This document shows, piece by piece, positions 1-8,911 of a stretch of 64,000 nucleotides of DNA (the first letter of the stretch is position 1; every line of letters begins with the position of its first letter). The notes under the pieces were generated by a model. That model was not told where the DNA came from. It ran no database searches and saw nothing but the letters and a program-made list of their open reading frames with translations. Position numbers and translations under genes: made by a program. Origin of the DNA: a virus; IMG/VR virus record IMGVR_UViG_3300025849_002201; one strand, 5' to 3'.

Positions 1-398
1 TGTTTAAGAACTAATTTAATTAAATCTTTACGATTGACAACACTGCGCATCTTAGTGCCGTAGATTTTAGGACCAACTCCATTTGTAGCCCATTCGCATA
101 TAGCATTTACATCAAACGGTTTCATCGTGCCGTCTGTAGCAAGTCCTTCGTCAATCTTTAGGAACGTGTCGATACCTTTTTCATCCAAGATGTTAACCAT
201 GCCACGGGTGACTGTGTCTTGGTAGAGGATTGCTGCCCAGATGTTTTTGTCGTTGAAGTCAGGACTTCCGACCATTCGTAAACGCATAGCATGAATTTTC
301 TCCATCATATTGTACTCGGTGTATTCAACACCATATCGATCTAAGGCGCCAGGCGTTGAACCTCCGCTTTGATCTAACGCTGCAATAACTCTGCTCAT
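1..398 (-). CDS. fda: Class I fructose-1,6-bisphosphate aldolase (runs off the window edge)
   Basis: Manual translation from ATG at 398: MSRVIAALDQSGGSTPGAL...HAMRLRMVGSPDF...AAILYQDT...FLKIDEGL...GTKMRSVV. These are the motifs of the bacterial Fda-type class I aldolase. Not in the ORF track because it is truncated. Confidence 0.85.
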   Translation of the reverse strand, partial: MSRVIAALDQSGGSTPGALDRYGVEYTEYNMMEKIHAMRLRMVGSPDFNDKNIWAAILYQDTVTRGMVNILDEKGIDTFLKIDEGLATDGTMKPFDVNAICEWATNGVGPKIYGTKMRSVVNRKDLIKLVLK

Positions 399-670
399 TT
401 AACTAACTTACTCCATGTCTTCAATTTATCACGCTTAGAATCTATTCTAGCATCAATTTCTGCTTTTGTCAACAGTCCGCACTCAACCATTAGATCGATT
501 AAGCACTGTACATCGCCGACTTCTTCAAGTAGTTTAACACGCTGGTCTTCGGTAATCTCGTCTAGTGTTTCAAACTTACGAATAATCTTACTACATCGCT
601 GTGTGAGTTCGCCACACTCTTCCATAGTAATAACCATTAGCTCTTGTAGTTTATTCATTGTACCTGGCAT
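395..670 (-). CDS. MazG-like NTP pyrophosphohydrolase, small
   Basis: EECGEL...LLEEVGDV acidic helical motif. Likely start MNKLQ at 658. Confidence 0.6.
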   Translation of the reverse strand: MPGTMNKLQELMVITMEECGELTQRCSKIIRKFETLDEITEDQRVKLLEEVGDVQCLIDLMVECGLLTKAEIDARIDSKRDKLKTWSKLVK

Positions 671-855
671 TATTGGTTTTCCTGTCTTAATCTAAATGCA
701 CAATAATCATTTTTCCAAAGCCGCCAAACCAAGCCAGCACACAATCCATACAGTGCAGGTTGCCACCATGTAGTAGCATTTATGCCTGCCAGTACAAATC
801 CTAGTATAAAGTCTGCTGCTAGGATTGCTAGCACATAATCATACCATCGTATCAA
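670..855 (-). CDS. Small membrane protein
   Basis: Two hydrophobic segments. Probable TTG start at 855 overlapping the upstream stop (TTGA), rather than 969. Confidence 0.45.
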   Translation of the reverse strand: MIRWYDYVLAILAADFILGFVLAGINATTWWQPALYGLCAGLVWRLWKNDYCAFRLRQENQ

Positions 856-1388
856 CGCTTTAATCCTAGTTCTTTGTATGCAATTTGAATTGCCTTTGAT
901 TGAAAGTATGCATCTGCTAGTGCGTTGTGCAAGTTGCTTTGCATTGCTTTGCGTGGATCCTGTTGGCAACAGCCAAAAAGCGTTCTAGAATCCCGTATAA
1001 TCCAGAAGTTCCACGGAATCGGCTTTGCAGCACGGCGGAACATGTCTTCCAGTATGGTATAGTCAAAACCATAGCCTTGTCCCCATAATGTATCAACACC
1101 AACGACCCACTTGCTAATTTGACGCAAAGCCTCGTCTACACTTACAGCACCAGTTTGGTCAAACGCTTCTTCCATAATCTTTGGATCTTGTTTTCCCCAC
1201 CACTCAATAGTGCTGTCACTAGCTGTACGACCTAGAGCATCTTGTTCATCGATGCTAATCTTTAGATATAATTCACTATGCGGTTCGCTATCATCTAACG
1301 GATTAAATTTAACTGCACCTAGTGATAGTACAGTTGCACTTGGGCTAGTGTCAATAGTTTCTAAGTCGATTGTGCCGTGTGTGGCCAT
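852..1388 (-). CDS. DEDD 3'-5' exonuclease (Rv2179c/RNase AS-like)
   Basis: IDLET motif I, WGQGYGFD motif II, HNALADA motif III. Confidence 0.8.
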   Translation of the reverse strand: MATHGTIDLETIDTSPSATVLSLGAVKFNPLDDSEPHSELYLKISIDEQDALGRTASDSTIEWWGKQDPKIMEEAFDQTGAVSVDEALRQISKWVVGVDTLWGQGYGFDYTILEDMFRRAAKPIPWNFWIIRDSRTLFGCCQQDPRKAMQSNLHNALADAYFQSKAIQIAYKELGLKR

Positions 1389-1414
1389 AAAAATACTCCT
1401 TAATTGTTATATAC

Positions 1415-1443
1415 ATTATAGCATATAGTAACTAAAGAGTCAA
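1415..1443 (-). promoter_or_regulatory. Sigma70-type early promoter
   Basis: TTGACT-17-TATAAT with extended TGn. Confidence 0.75.
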
Positions 1444-1455
1444 GCATTATCTGTG

Positions 1456-2115
1456 TTATAGCTTACCAAAACCCCAAATTCGCTCTTTGCAAAACCAACA
1501 TTCTCCGCAATGCGCAATTTCTGTATTACAACTAACTGTTAACGGAAATAGTGTATCTAATAAATTGTGTTGCTTGTACAACTCTGCAATTTGTCTTTTG
1601 TCTAAATTAAAGAACGGACGTATTTCTCCAAATTCGTGTAATTCACCTTGGAGTTCTATTACACAGTTAATGACCATTAACTTTTTAGTGTACTCACTTC
1701 TTACTTGTTCTAATTCATATATCGGTTTCCACGTAGACGTATAATTCTCAGTACTAGGCGTTGCATTGATTCCGCTGTATATGTATTTGTATTTCTTAGA
1801 TACTACATTATTATAGTTTAAATTAAAAAATGTAGTATGCTCGTCTTCGTCGTTTCTGTCTTTTACAATTGGTTGTAAGAATAAACCCTTGCAGTCAAGA
1901 CTTTGTTCAACAAAGTTAATAATATCTTTGTAGATTGATGTTCTGTTGTTTTTAAAAACAGTTACTGGTTGAATTTTGAAGTTTAGATCATTATCTATAA
2001 TATGCTTTGCTAACAAGTAACAGAGTATACTACTATCAACGCCTCCAGAAAGCCAAATACCGAGGGTGTTGTTATCGTCATCAAAGAAATGATCCCTCGG
2101 TATTAGCAAATTCAT
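1456..2115 (-). CDS. QueC-like PP-loop ATPase
   Basis: SGGVDS PP-loop and C-terminal CX6CGECWFC Zn motif. Confidence 0.7.
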   Translation of the reverse strand: MNLLIPRDHFFDDDNNTLGIWLSGGVDSSILCYLLAKHIIDNDLNFKIQPVTVFKNNRTSIYKDIINFVEQSLDCKGLFLQPIVKDRNDEDEHTTFFNLNYNNVVSKKYKYIYSGINATPSTENYTSTWKPIYELEQVRSEYTKKLMVINCVIELQGELHEFGEIRPFFNLDKRQIAELYKQHNLLDTLFPLTVSCNTEIAHCGECWFCKERIWGFGKL

Positions 2116-2471
2116 TAGTTTACAAATTGTGCAAGTTCTGGTGCTTTCCAGCCTTCTGGCTTTAGCACTTTGCCGTCTTCACGTTTAATTACTTTGCCAG
2201 TATCAGCATTGATTTTTGCAAAGTTAGTTTTCATAACTTCGTTCCATGCTGCTTCGCCATCCCATCCAGCAGCTCTGATAGCACCAATTGTAACAACTAG
2301 GATGTCTACAAGTGCATCAAGTTGTTCTACTTGATCTCCTGCAATAATAGCGTCTTTCAGTTCGCCTGTTTCTTCTGTAATCAAATCAAGATACATAGCA
2401 TAATTGTCTACGCTAGGTGTTTGATCGCATGCCGTTTGAAATAAATCAACGTCTTTAAATGGATTTGTCAT
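2115..2471 (-). CDS. NTP pyrophosphohydrolase (PRA-PH/MazG-like)
   Basis: EETGEL...LDALVD...EVMKTNFAK...REDGKVLKP. Start trimmed to MTNPF. Confidence 0.75.
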   Translation of the reverse strand: MTNPFKDVDLFQTACDQTPSVDNYAMYLDLITEETGELKDAIIAGDQVEQLDALVDILVVTIGAIRAAGWDGEAAWNEVMKTNFAKINADTGKVIKREDGKVLKPEGWKAPELAQFVN

Positions 2472-2484
2472 GTTTTGCCTTATG

Positions 2485-2883
2485 TTATACGAAGTCTTCT
2501 GGACGATGTTTGTCTGCTGACGCACCATCAAATTGACCAAATAGAATGTTTTCTGGTGTCTCGTTCTGCCAACCTAAAATACTTTCAGATTCAACAGTAC
2601 GTAATGTTTGTACGTTGCCCGGATCGAGTTCTACATCAAATCCTCTAGTCCAACGACCGTGTTCTACTAAAATCCAATCACCTTCGTTATAGGGATCTTT
2701 ATTTTCAGGACCTTTAGATACTACGCGGCCCCATCTTGGTTTGATGCCGCGATCTTTACCGTCATCGCTGGTAATAATAATTCCACCAGCAGTTGTTTGT
2801 TCACCAAACTCCATGTCCGATACAATTACACGATTTCTTATAGGCCTTACTTTGCCTTTTGCTACAGATATATTAATTCCCAT
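2485..2883 (-). CDS. groES: Co-chaperonin GroES
   Basis: RPIRNRVIV...TAGGIII...GRVVSKGP...GDWILV. Confidence 0.85.
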   Translation of the reverse strand: MGINISVAKGKVRPIRNRVIVSDMEFGEQTTAGGIIITSDDGKDRGIKPRWGRVVSKGPENKDPYNEGDWILVEHGRWTRGFDVELDPGNVQTLRTVESESILGWQNETPENILFGQFDGASADKHRPEDFV

Positions 2884-3254
2884 TAGTCACCTTTTTTTAC
2901 AAAATTGCCGTCTGCGTCTTCTGTCCATTCATCTTCAGCGTCTTGTGCTGCTGCTAGTTCAGCCTTCTTAGTTGCTTTTTTAACAGGTGCTTTAGTTACT
3001 TCAGGCTGTGCTGCTTCTGCACGTGGAATAACTTCGTCTTGAATGTGTGCTTGAGATGCTTCGTAATAATCACGCAATACTTCTTCACGTTTACGAACAA
3101 TCTTTCCGCCTGGGCCTAGTTCGTCGCCTCTTGCATTAACTCTAGCATTTCCAACTGCCGGAGTCATTTCAAAACGCTGTCGAAGCATGTCCATATCTAC
3201 TGTTTTACCATTCGCTGAACGGTAAACCTTTTTTGCTGGTTGTTTCATAGCCAT
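2883..3254 (-). CDS. Hypothetical phage protein
   Basis: Tightly packed ORF with AGGAG RBS. Confidence 0.7.
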   Translation of the reverse strand: MAMKQPAKKVYRSANGKTVDMDMLRQRFEMTPAVGNARVNARGDELGPGGKIVRKREEVLRDYYEASQAHIQDEVIPRAEAAQPEVTKAPVKKATKKAELAAAQDAEDEWTEDADGNFVKKGD

Positions 3255-3282
3255 TGCTAATCTCCTTTAATTATATACTTAC

Positions 3283-3813
3283 TTATCTCAAGAACTCCCT
3301 CCAATCCAGGTCATACTGGATTGAATTAATTCTATGTACACCTATCAAATACAGCACATAACTAGCAACACTAGATCCACGTCCTACACCCCATACAATA
3401 TCATTCTCACGCATAAAGTCTACAAGATAAATCATATAGCGTAATAGATTATGCATATCACGTTCGCCATATGCTTCCATTTCTTCCCATATACGATCTT
3501 GTACGTGTTGTGGGCAAGGTGTTTTTGCTTTGCCTAGTACATATTCATATACATTGATGTCTTTGTATTCATCAGGCATAAACCATTCACTCTGTAACGC
3601 ACCGTCAAAAGTCTTTTGATCTACATCTAATGGGATATACTTTGTAAGTTCAGGTAGGTATTGTTCACGCATTGCTGCGTTAAACTTTTCTATATCATCT
3701 GAGGGATCACACAATACCACGTGACACTTGTCAACATGACCACTATAGATCATATCAACTAAGTCTTTGTTTGTAAATCGTGGGATACCAAGTTCGTCAG
3801 TTTTCATAAGCAT
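3283..3813 (-). CDS. DNA polymerase III alpha (DnaE)-like fragment
   Basis: GVGRGSSVASYVLYLIGV..I motif of DnaE. Only 176 aa. Confidence 0.75.
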   Translation of the reverse strand: MLMKTDELGIPRFTNKDLVDMIYSGHVDKCHVVLCDPSDDIEKFNAAMREQYLPELTKYIPLDVDQKTFDGALQSEWFMPDEYKDINVYEYVLGKAKTPCPQHVQDRIWEEMEAYGERDMHNLLRYMIYLVDFMRENDIVWGVGRGSSVASYVLYLIGVHRINSIQYDLDWREFLR

Positions 3814-3822
3814 ACACTTATT

Positions 3823-4053
3823 TTAACTTACATTTATTAAACTGTCAAGTCCATTATCAAGATTATTTTGATCTTCTTGCCATTTTTTAGCATCACGGTC
3901 TCTACGTTCGATATTGTGTGCATCTAATTGCATAGAAATTTGCTGCTGTAAAGCAGGATTGGAAGTCTTCCAATATTTTCTTGTTAGATCACCGATGCGG
4001 TCTTCGAGCTCCGCATCAGTTAATCCGTATATTTTTGAAAAAGGATCATCCAT
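3823..4053 (-). CDS. Hypothetical protein
   Basis: Abuts both neighbours, 76 aa. Confidence 0.6.
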   Translation of the reverse strand: MDDPFSKIYGLTDAELEDRIGDLTRKYWKTSNPALQQQISMQLDAHNIERRDRDAKKWQEDQNNLDNGLDSLINVS

Positions 4054-4898
4054 TAGATACTAAATTGACCTTTGTAATCGATATAAACATTACGTCCACC
4101 GTCGTATGTCCAAACATCTAAGTTAGTTTCAACTAACGAACTATTTACTACAAATGCAGGAGCAGTCCAGCTATCTGAGATCGGTGAAGTTAGTGACAAG
4201 TTAGTAAGAGATAATTCGTCAGCTCTAGCAAGTATTGCTTCGCCGCCTGCTGCAAAGTTTCCTTTTACTTTATTAAGCACTAGTCTATTTTCGCCGCCCG
4301 CAGTGTCGATTGCAACTACTGTAGCAGTTGCACCTGAAGTTGCGCCTCTAATAACTGTTCCAACACCTGGTTGATTAAGAACATTTGTCAAGTCGTCAGT
4401 AACTACAAGATAAGCAGTTAAGAAGTCTCTGTAAGATTGCGAATATTTAAACGCTCCGGAGTCTTCAGTATCCCAAATTATTTTTCTAGTCTTAGATTCG
4501 TTTGAAGTAACTTGAATTTCTAATTTTGCAAGGCCGTCTGTAGGCCAGTTAATAAATTGCAGCACAACATTACTAAATGTATTAATATCGTATGCTACTG
4601 TGAACGCTTGATAGTGTCCACGATTGTATTCTATTGTAGTGTTAGTCTGTATACTACCAATAGCATTAAATCCTAGTTGTGATTGCACTAGTTCAACTTG
4701 CTGAATCTTGTTAAAGTTCATTAAGTTGTCAGCATTGTTTTTAACAGTAGTATTTTGCAATACATCTATTTCAGTTTTTGCTGCACTTAAACTGTTTTTA
4801 ATTGTTCCAAAGTTATCACGAAATCCTTGCGAGTCGTTGTCAACGCCGGCTACTGGGTATGCTTCGTTAATATCTTGATAGTTAATGTTACTTGCCAT
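4053..4898 (-). CDS. Putative virion structural protein
   Basis: N-terminal YPVAGVDNDSQGFRDNF and beta-rich C-terminus. Lies in the tail module. Confidence 0.6.
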   Translation of the reverse strand: MASNINYQDINEAYPVAGVDNDSQGFRDNFGTIKNSLSAAKTEIDVLQNTTVKNNADNLMNFNKIQQVELVQSQLGFNAIGSIQTNTTIEYNRGHYQAFTVAYDINTFSNVVLQFINWPTDGLAKLEIQVTSNESKTRKIIWDTEDSGAFKYSQSYRDFLTAYLVVTDDLTNVLNQPGVGTVIRGATSGATATVVAIDTAGGENRLVLNKVKGNFAAGGEAILARADELSLTNLSLTSPISDSWTAPAFVVNSSLVETNLDVWTYDGGRNVYIDYKGQFSI

Positions 4899-4920
4899 GT
4901 TTTGTTATCTCCACTTGTAT

Positions 4921-7900
4921 TTATATTGACTTATTATTTCTAGGCCAAACTATGAATTGTGTATTACTATTACCCAATGTAGCATCAATGATATATCTGT
5001 CTACATAATAATCAAATTGTGTAAACTCAAATCCTGTAGACTTCTGATAGTTTTTTATTTTTAAAATTAATTCTGCTGACTTGCCTGGTTTACAATATGC
5101 TATCGGAATAGCTCTAACATAACCCGGTTGCTTACCTGTTAATGATTGTCTAGTTTTCATCCATAACGGTAAGAATCTATTATCAGTTATACCAATGCCT
5201 TGAAGTCTTCTTCTCATGTTAGTTAGAGAACTAACATATTTTGTATTCGGTGCATTAGGGTTGATATCGCTATCAACAGTAAGTGCGTCAATTGAATTTC
5301 TAAAGAACATAGGATCATCTCTATTATATAACGTATCGTTAGGATCAATGATTCCTTTTACAATATCAGCATTGGTTTGGTCTGCTGTTATTTCTTCAGC
5401 TGAATTTGAAATCTTAATAGTTTCAGCTGCTGATATAATATCTTCAGTGTCGCCTGCATTAAGTTTTTCGTATGGATCTAATAGTTCCAAGTAAACAACT
5501 TCGTATATTGCTCCTTCGGTTTCTACCTGTTTTGCTTCAGCTGTTTTTAGTTCACCAATACGTAGACTTCTCGGCTTGTGACCGACACTAGTTACTGCTG
5601 CAAATTCTCCGTATGATTTTGATTCAATTCCTGCATAGATTAGACTGTTAAGATTACGCTGAATTCCAAAGTTTTCATCGTATGGTCTATAGATAATATC
5701 AGTACTGAACACATTGGAATCAGATACAAATGTATTCCATGCAAGTTTTTTCTCGCTTGCCATCAAAGGTTTAACAAACACATTACTGTATGCTCGGTCA
5801 GCAAGCGGAGTAATAGTCATAGTAAATGTTCTTCTAACAGCGTTAATAGTAAATTTGTCCTTGGCTTCTATAGTAAATGTATAGCTTCTATCTAATGTAG
5901 TAGATGCTCCATCGAAACTTAAGAATCCGTTATCAAAGATAGTAATGCCAGGCTTATCAATAGTTGCAAACTGTCTAACTCTGCCAATTATTTCGCCGTC
6001 TTCGATTAGTGACAATCCGTTTGGTAACTTTCCGTCTACTAGTTTGTAAACAACTGTTGTACCTGGGAATGTACTTTCTGCTGCAATCTTAACTGTACTA
6101 ACTGAGTTAGCCGGAATGTCGCCAAGGTCACTTGGTGTTATCCAGTTAATAGCGCCATCTGCTTCGCCCTGTACTCTTACGGTAAACTGTTTACGCTCTG
6201 AAATAAACTCGTCATCGTCTAGCTCAGTAATTGTTGTACTAAATGCAAAAGACACAGTACCTTGTGTTATATTATCATTAGCAAACTGTAAGCCACTATC
6301 AAATGTTACTCTAACATATGAATTTGTATCAATTACTACTTCGTCTACTGCTGTAACTTTTAAGTTCTTTTTCTTTACAGGGTCGTATGTAGTTGCGCCA
6401 ACAATAGTAAGTAGATCATCTTTTGTACTTGTGCTAAAGAATAGTTGAGTATCGCCGATAGCAAATGGTCTTGCAACATAACCATATACAACTACAATGT
6501 CAGCAACACTTGGATTGTATCTTGTTGCACGGACTGTAAAATTAAATTCTTTAGTAACTTCAGGTTGGTAAGGATAAACTCCTGCAACTTCACCTGTGAT
6601 GTAATCTAGTGTCAATCCTGTTGGCAATATACTTGGAGTTCCGTCAATGTTTACTGGCTCAAGTTGATAATCAATCGGACCAATAAGACTATTTGGATCA
6701 AACACATCTATTACAAGTGTAATAAAACTACCTGCACGTTTAACACCTAAGTTAGCAGGCGTAGTAAATATAGGCTTGCGAACAAATGTCATATCCGCTG
6801 TAAACAGATCTTGACTTGATTTAGTACTTACGTTGTCTGCTCTTGCAGCATCGTCACCTACAACATATATTCTAAATTGTCTTTTAGCAATCGAATCGCT
6901 GTCGTTTACACTAACAATAAACTCGTAAAAGCGGCTGGCTTTCTTAGGAGAACGTGTTGGATCACTTTCATCGTATCCTACATTGTCATACAAGAAACTA
7001 TCATAACCGCTTTGCGAACGTATTGCGTAGTCATACGGATTAAAGTCGTATCGATCTGAGCTATAGCCACCGCCTGTTACCGCTTCAAAACCTAAAGGAG
7101 TAACAGGTTCAGTAAATCCAAATATACGCCCTTCTTTAGTTAGTGTTAATCCAGGTGGTAGTTCGCCACTATTGTCGCCTATAAAGAATTCTAATTCTTG
7201 TCCTGCTGCTATATCGTCGTCAGTTGCTAATAAGTTTATATCTACAAATTCACCGTCTAGTACATAGTATGTACTATTAGGTCCAACTGCTAGATTTCCT
7301 TCAGCAGTTAACCACTCGGGTTCGTCTGGGCCTTCAACTACTAATTTAAATGTTCTATCTTCAACAATACTTGCAGCGCCGTATTGCGCTCTAATAACAA
7401 AGTCGTATTCAAGAGTGTTAGGTACTTCTAACGGTGTTCCTCTAAGACGCTGTTTTTCAATTCGTAAACCTCTAGGAAGCGAACCGCTAATAATACTAAA
7501 CTTAACATCGTTTAATCCTTCTTTGGTTCCTGTACCGTTTGGCAACAAAGGTGTGCTATAGTACTTCTTACCTATCAAGTAAGGATATGTGTTAGTATTA
7601 GGAGACTCTTTAAGGCAACTAGAAAAGTATGCATATGTACCATTTGGATATTCTGGAGTTACACAGAATCTTCCGTTATATTGATCTAGCAAACCTGTTC
7701 CTTCTAAGTAAGCCCAATCTTCTTCATAGTATCCATCCCTAGTATCACCGTTTTGTCTTAAGTCGTCACGCAATATATAACTCGAAGTCATAAACTCTGG
7801 GTGGCTATTTGCATCTAATGGATCACTGTATCCTAAACTTCCGTATATTGGATTTCCGTCAAAAGCATAACCAATAATTGGACTATGTTGAATACCAGTT

Positions 7901-8889
7901 ACATAGCTGATCCAATCTTTCTCAAATAGATTTTTTACTGGTGGATCAAAACGTAATGAAATTTCAATGCCGTTATTTGCATCTATAGCAACATTTGCAA
8001 CACCGTTAGCTCTTGTTTCTACCGGAACAGTTGTGTCATTAATAATAAATCCGTACTTTGATGTTCTACCATAGGTTACAATTCTAGATGTATCCAAGTC
8101 AATAGACAAAGGAGATTCTAAGTTAGCAATCCAAAAATCATTATTGTAAGATACAATATCATTAATTTCATAGTTTATAGAATTGATGTATAGTTCTTTA
8201 TAGTTTTCTGGTTTAAAATATAAAAGTTTTGGATCTGTTACATAATGATAATCGCCGTTAACACTAGGAGGTCCTGAGCCATCATCAATAGTTGTTCCGT
8301 TTGCAACACTTAGTACATTATTACGTGTTAATCTTTCACCCTCAATATTTTCTACAATTGTTGATGCACTGTTGTATATAGCAACACCATTTATAGCAAC
8401 ACCTATTGCACCTGTAGGAGTATCTACTTTTACTTCTGGTGTGTCAGGCTCTAGGGGAATAGTAAAAAGCCAATCTTGCGGAGTTGCTGGGAAACTGTTT
8501 TGCGGATTAGGGTACGGTCCAAACGCATGCTCAGGTAATCCTGTTGAACTTACATAAAACAGCTGATCGTCAAAATCAGTAAATGTTGCTTCACCAAAAA
8601 ACTGTGAAGTTTGTAAGTTACTAATTTCAGATCCCAATGTAACTGGTAATTGTAAGTCGAACGTATCGCCTTCGATAATTTCAGGAATAAACTCTAACCA
8701 ATAACTTTCATTTCTTGGCAATATGCTTCGTCCGTCAACAATAGGATTATCTTTTATTGCACGAAATGTTTTTCCGTTAAACGATACAACATCGCCAATG
8801 GAGTATGCTCTGGTTAAATCATAATCAGAGCCTAATAATAGTGTTCCTATATTGTAATCTGAACGTTGTTTCCATATACTTGTAGCCAT
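4921..8889 (-). CDS. Baseplate wedge-like protein with YHYH and Ig-like repeats
   Basis: YHYH-type segment (GDYHY...HSPIIGYAFDG..IYG...YPNGTYAYF) and repeated G.LP.GL.L...G.I.G Ig-like units. Confidence 0.65.
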   Translation of the reverse strand: MATSIWKQRSDYNIGTLLLGSDYDLTRAYSIGDVVSFNGKTFRAIKDNPIVDGRSILPRNESYWLEFIPEIIEGDTFDLQLPVTLGSEISNLQTSQFFGEATFTDFDDQLFYVSSTGLPEHAFGPYPNPQNSFPATPQDWLFTIPLEPDTPEVKVDTPTGAIGVAINGVAIYNSASTIVENIEGERLTRNNVLSVANGTTIDDGSGPPSVNGDYHYVTDPKLLYFKPENYKELYINSINYEINDIVSYNNDFWIANLESPLSIDLDTSRIVTYGRTSKYGFIINDTTVPVETRANGVANVAIDANNGIEISLRFDPPVKNLFEKDWISYVTGIQHSPIIGYAFDGNPIYGSLGYSDPLDANSHPEFMTSSYILRDDLRQNGDTRDGYYEEDWAYLEGTGLLDQYNGRFCVTPEYPNGTYAYFSSCLKESPNTNTYPYLIGKKYYSTPLLPNGTGTKEGLNDVKFSIISGSLPRGLRIEKQRLRGTPLEVPNTLEYDFVIRAQYGAASIVEDRTFKLVVEGPDEPEWLTAEGNLAVGPNSTYYVLDGEFVDINLLATDDDIAAGQELEFFIGDNSGELPPGLTLTKEGRIFGFTEPVTPLGFEAVTGGGYSSDRYDFNPYDYAIRSQSGYDSFLYDNVGYDESDPTRSPKKASRFYEFIVSVNDSDSIAKRQFRIYVVGDDAARADNVSTKSSQDLFTADMTFVRKPIFTTPANLGVKRAGSFITLVIDVFDPNSLIGPIDYQLEPVNIDGTPSILPTGLTLDYITGEVAGVYPYQPEVTKEFNFTVRATRYNPSVADIVVVYGYVARPFAIGDTQLFFSTSTKDDLLTIVGATTYDPVKKKNLKVTAVDEVVIDTNSYVRVTFDSGLQFANDNITQGTVSFAFSTTITELDDDEFISERKQFTVRVQGEADGAINWITPSDLGDIPANSVSTVKIAAESTFPGTTVVYKLVDGKLPNGLSLIEDGEIIGRVRQFATIDKPGITIFDNGFLSFDGASTTLDRSYTFTIEAKDKFTINAVRRTFTMTITPLADRAYSNVFVKPLMASEKKLAWNTFVSDSNVFSTDIIYRPYDENFGIQRNLNSLIYAGIESKSYGEFAAVTSVGHKPRSLRIGELKTAEAKQVETEGAIYEVVYLELLDPYEKLNAGDTEDIISAAETIKISNSAEEITADQTNADIVKGIIDPNDTLYNRDDPMFFRNSIDALTVDSDINPNAPNTKYVSSLTNMRRRLQGIGITDNRFLPLWMKTRQSLTGKQPGYVRAIPIAYCKPGKSAELILKIKNYQKSTGFEFTQFDYYVDRYIIDATLGNSNTQFIVWPRNNKSI

Positions 8890-8911
8890 AAACCCCTACC
8901 CTTTGTAGTAT

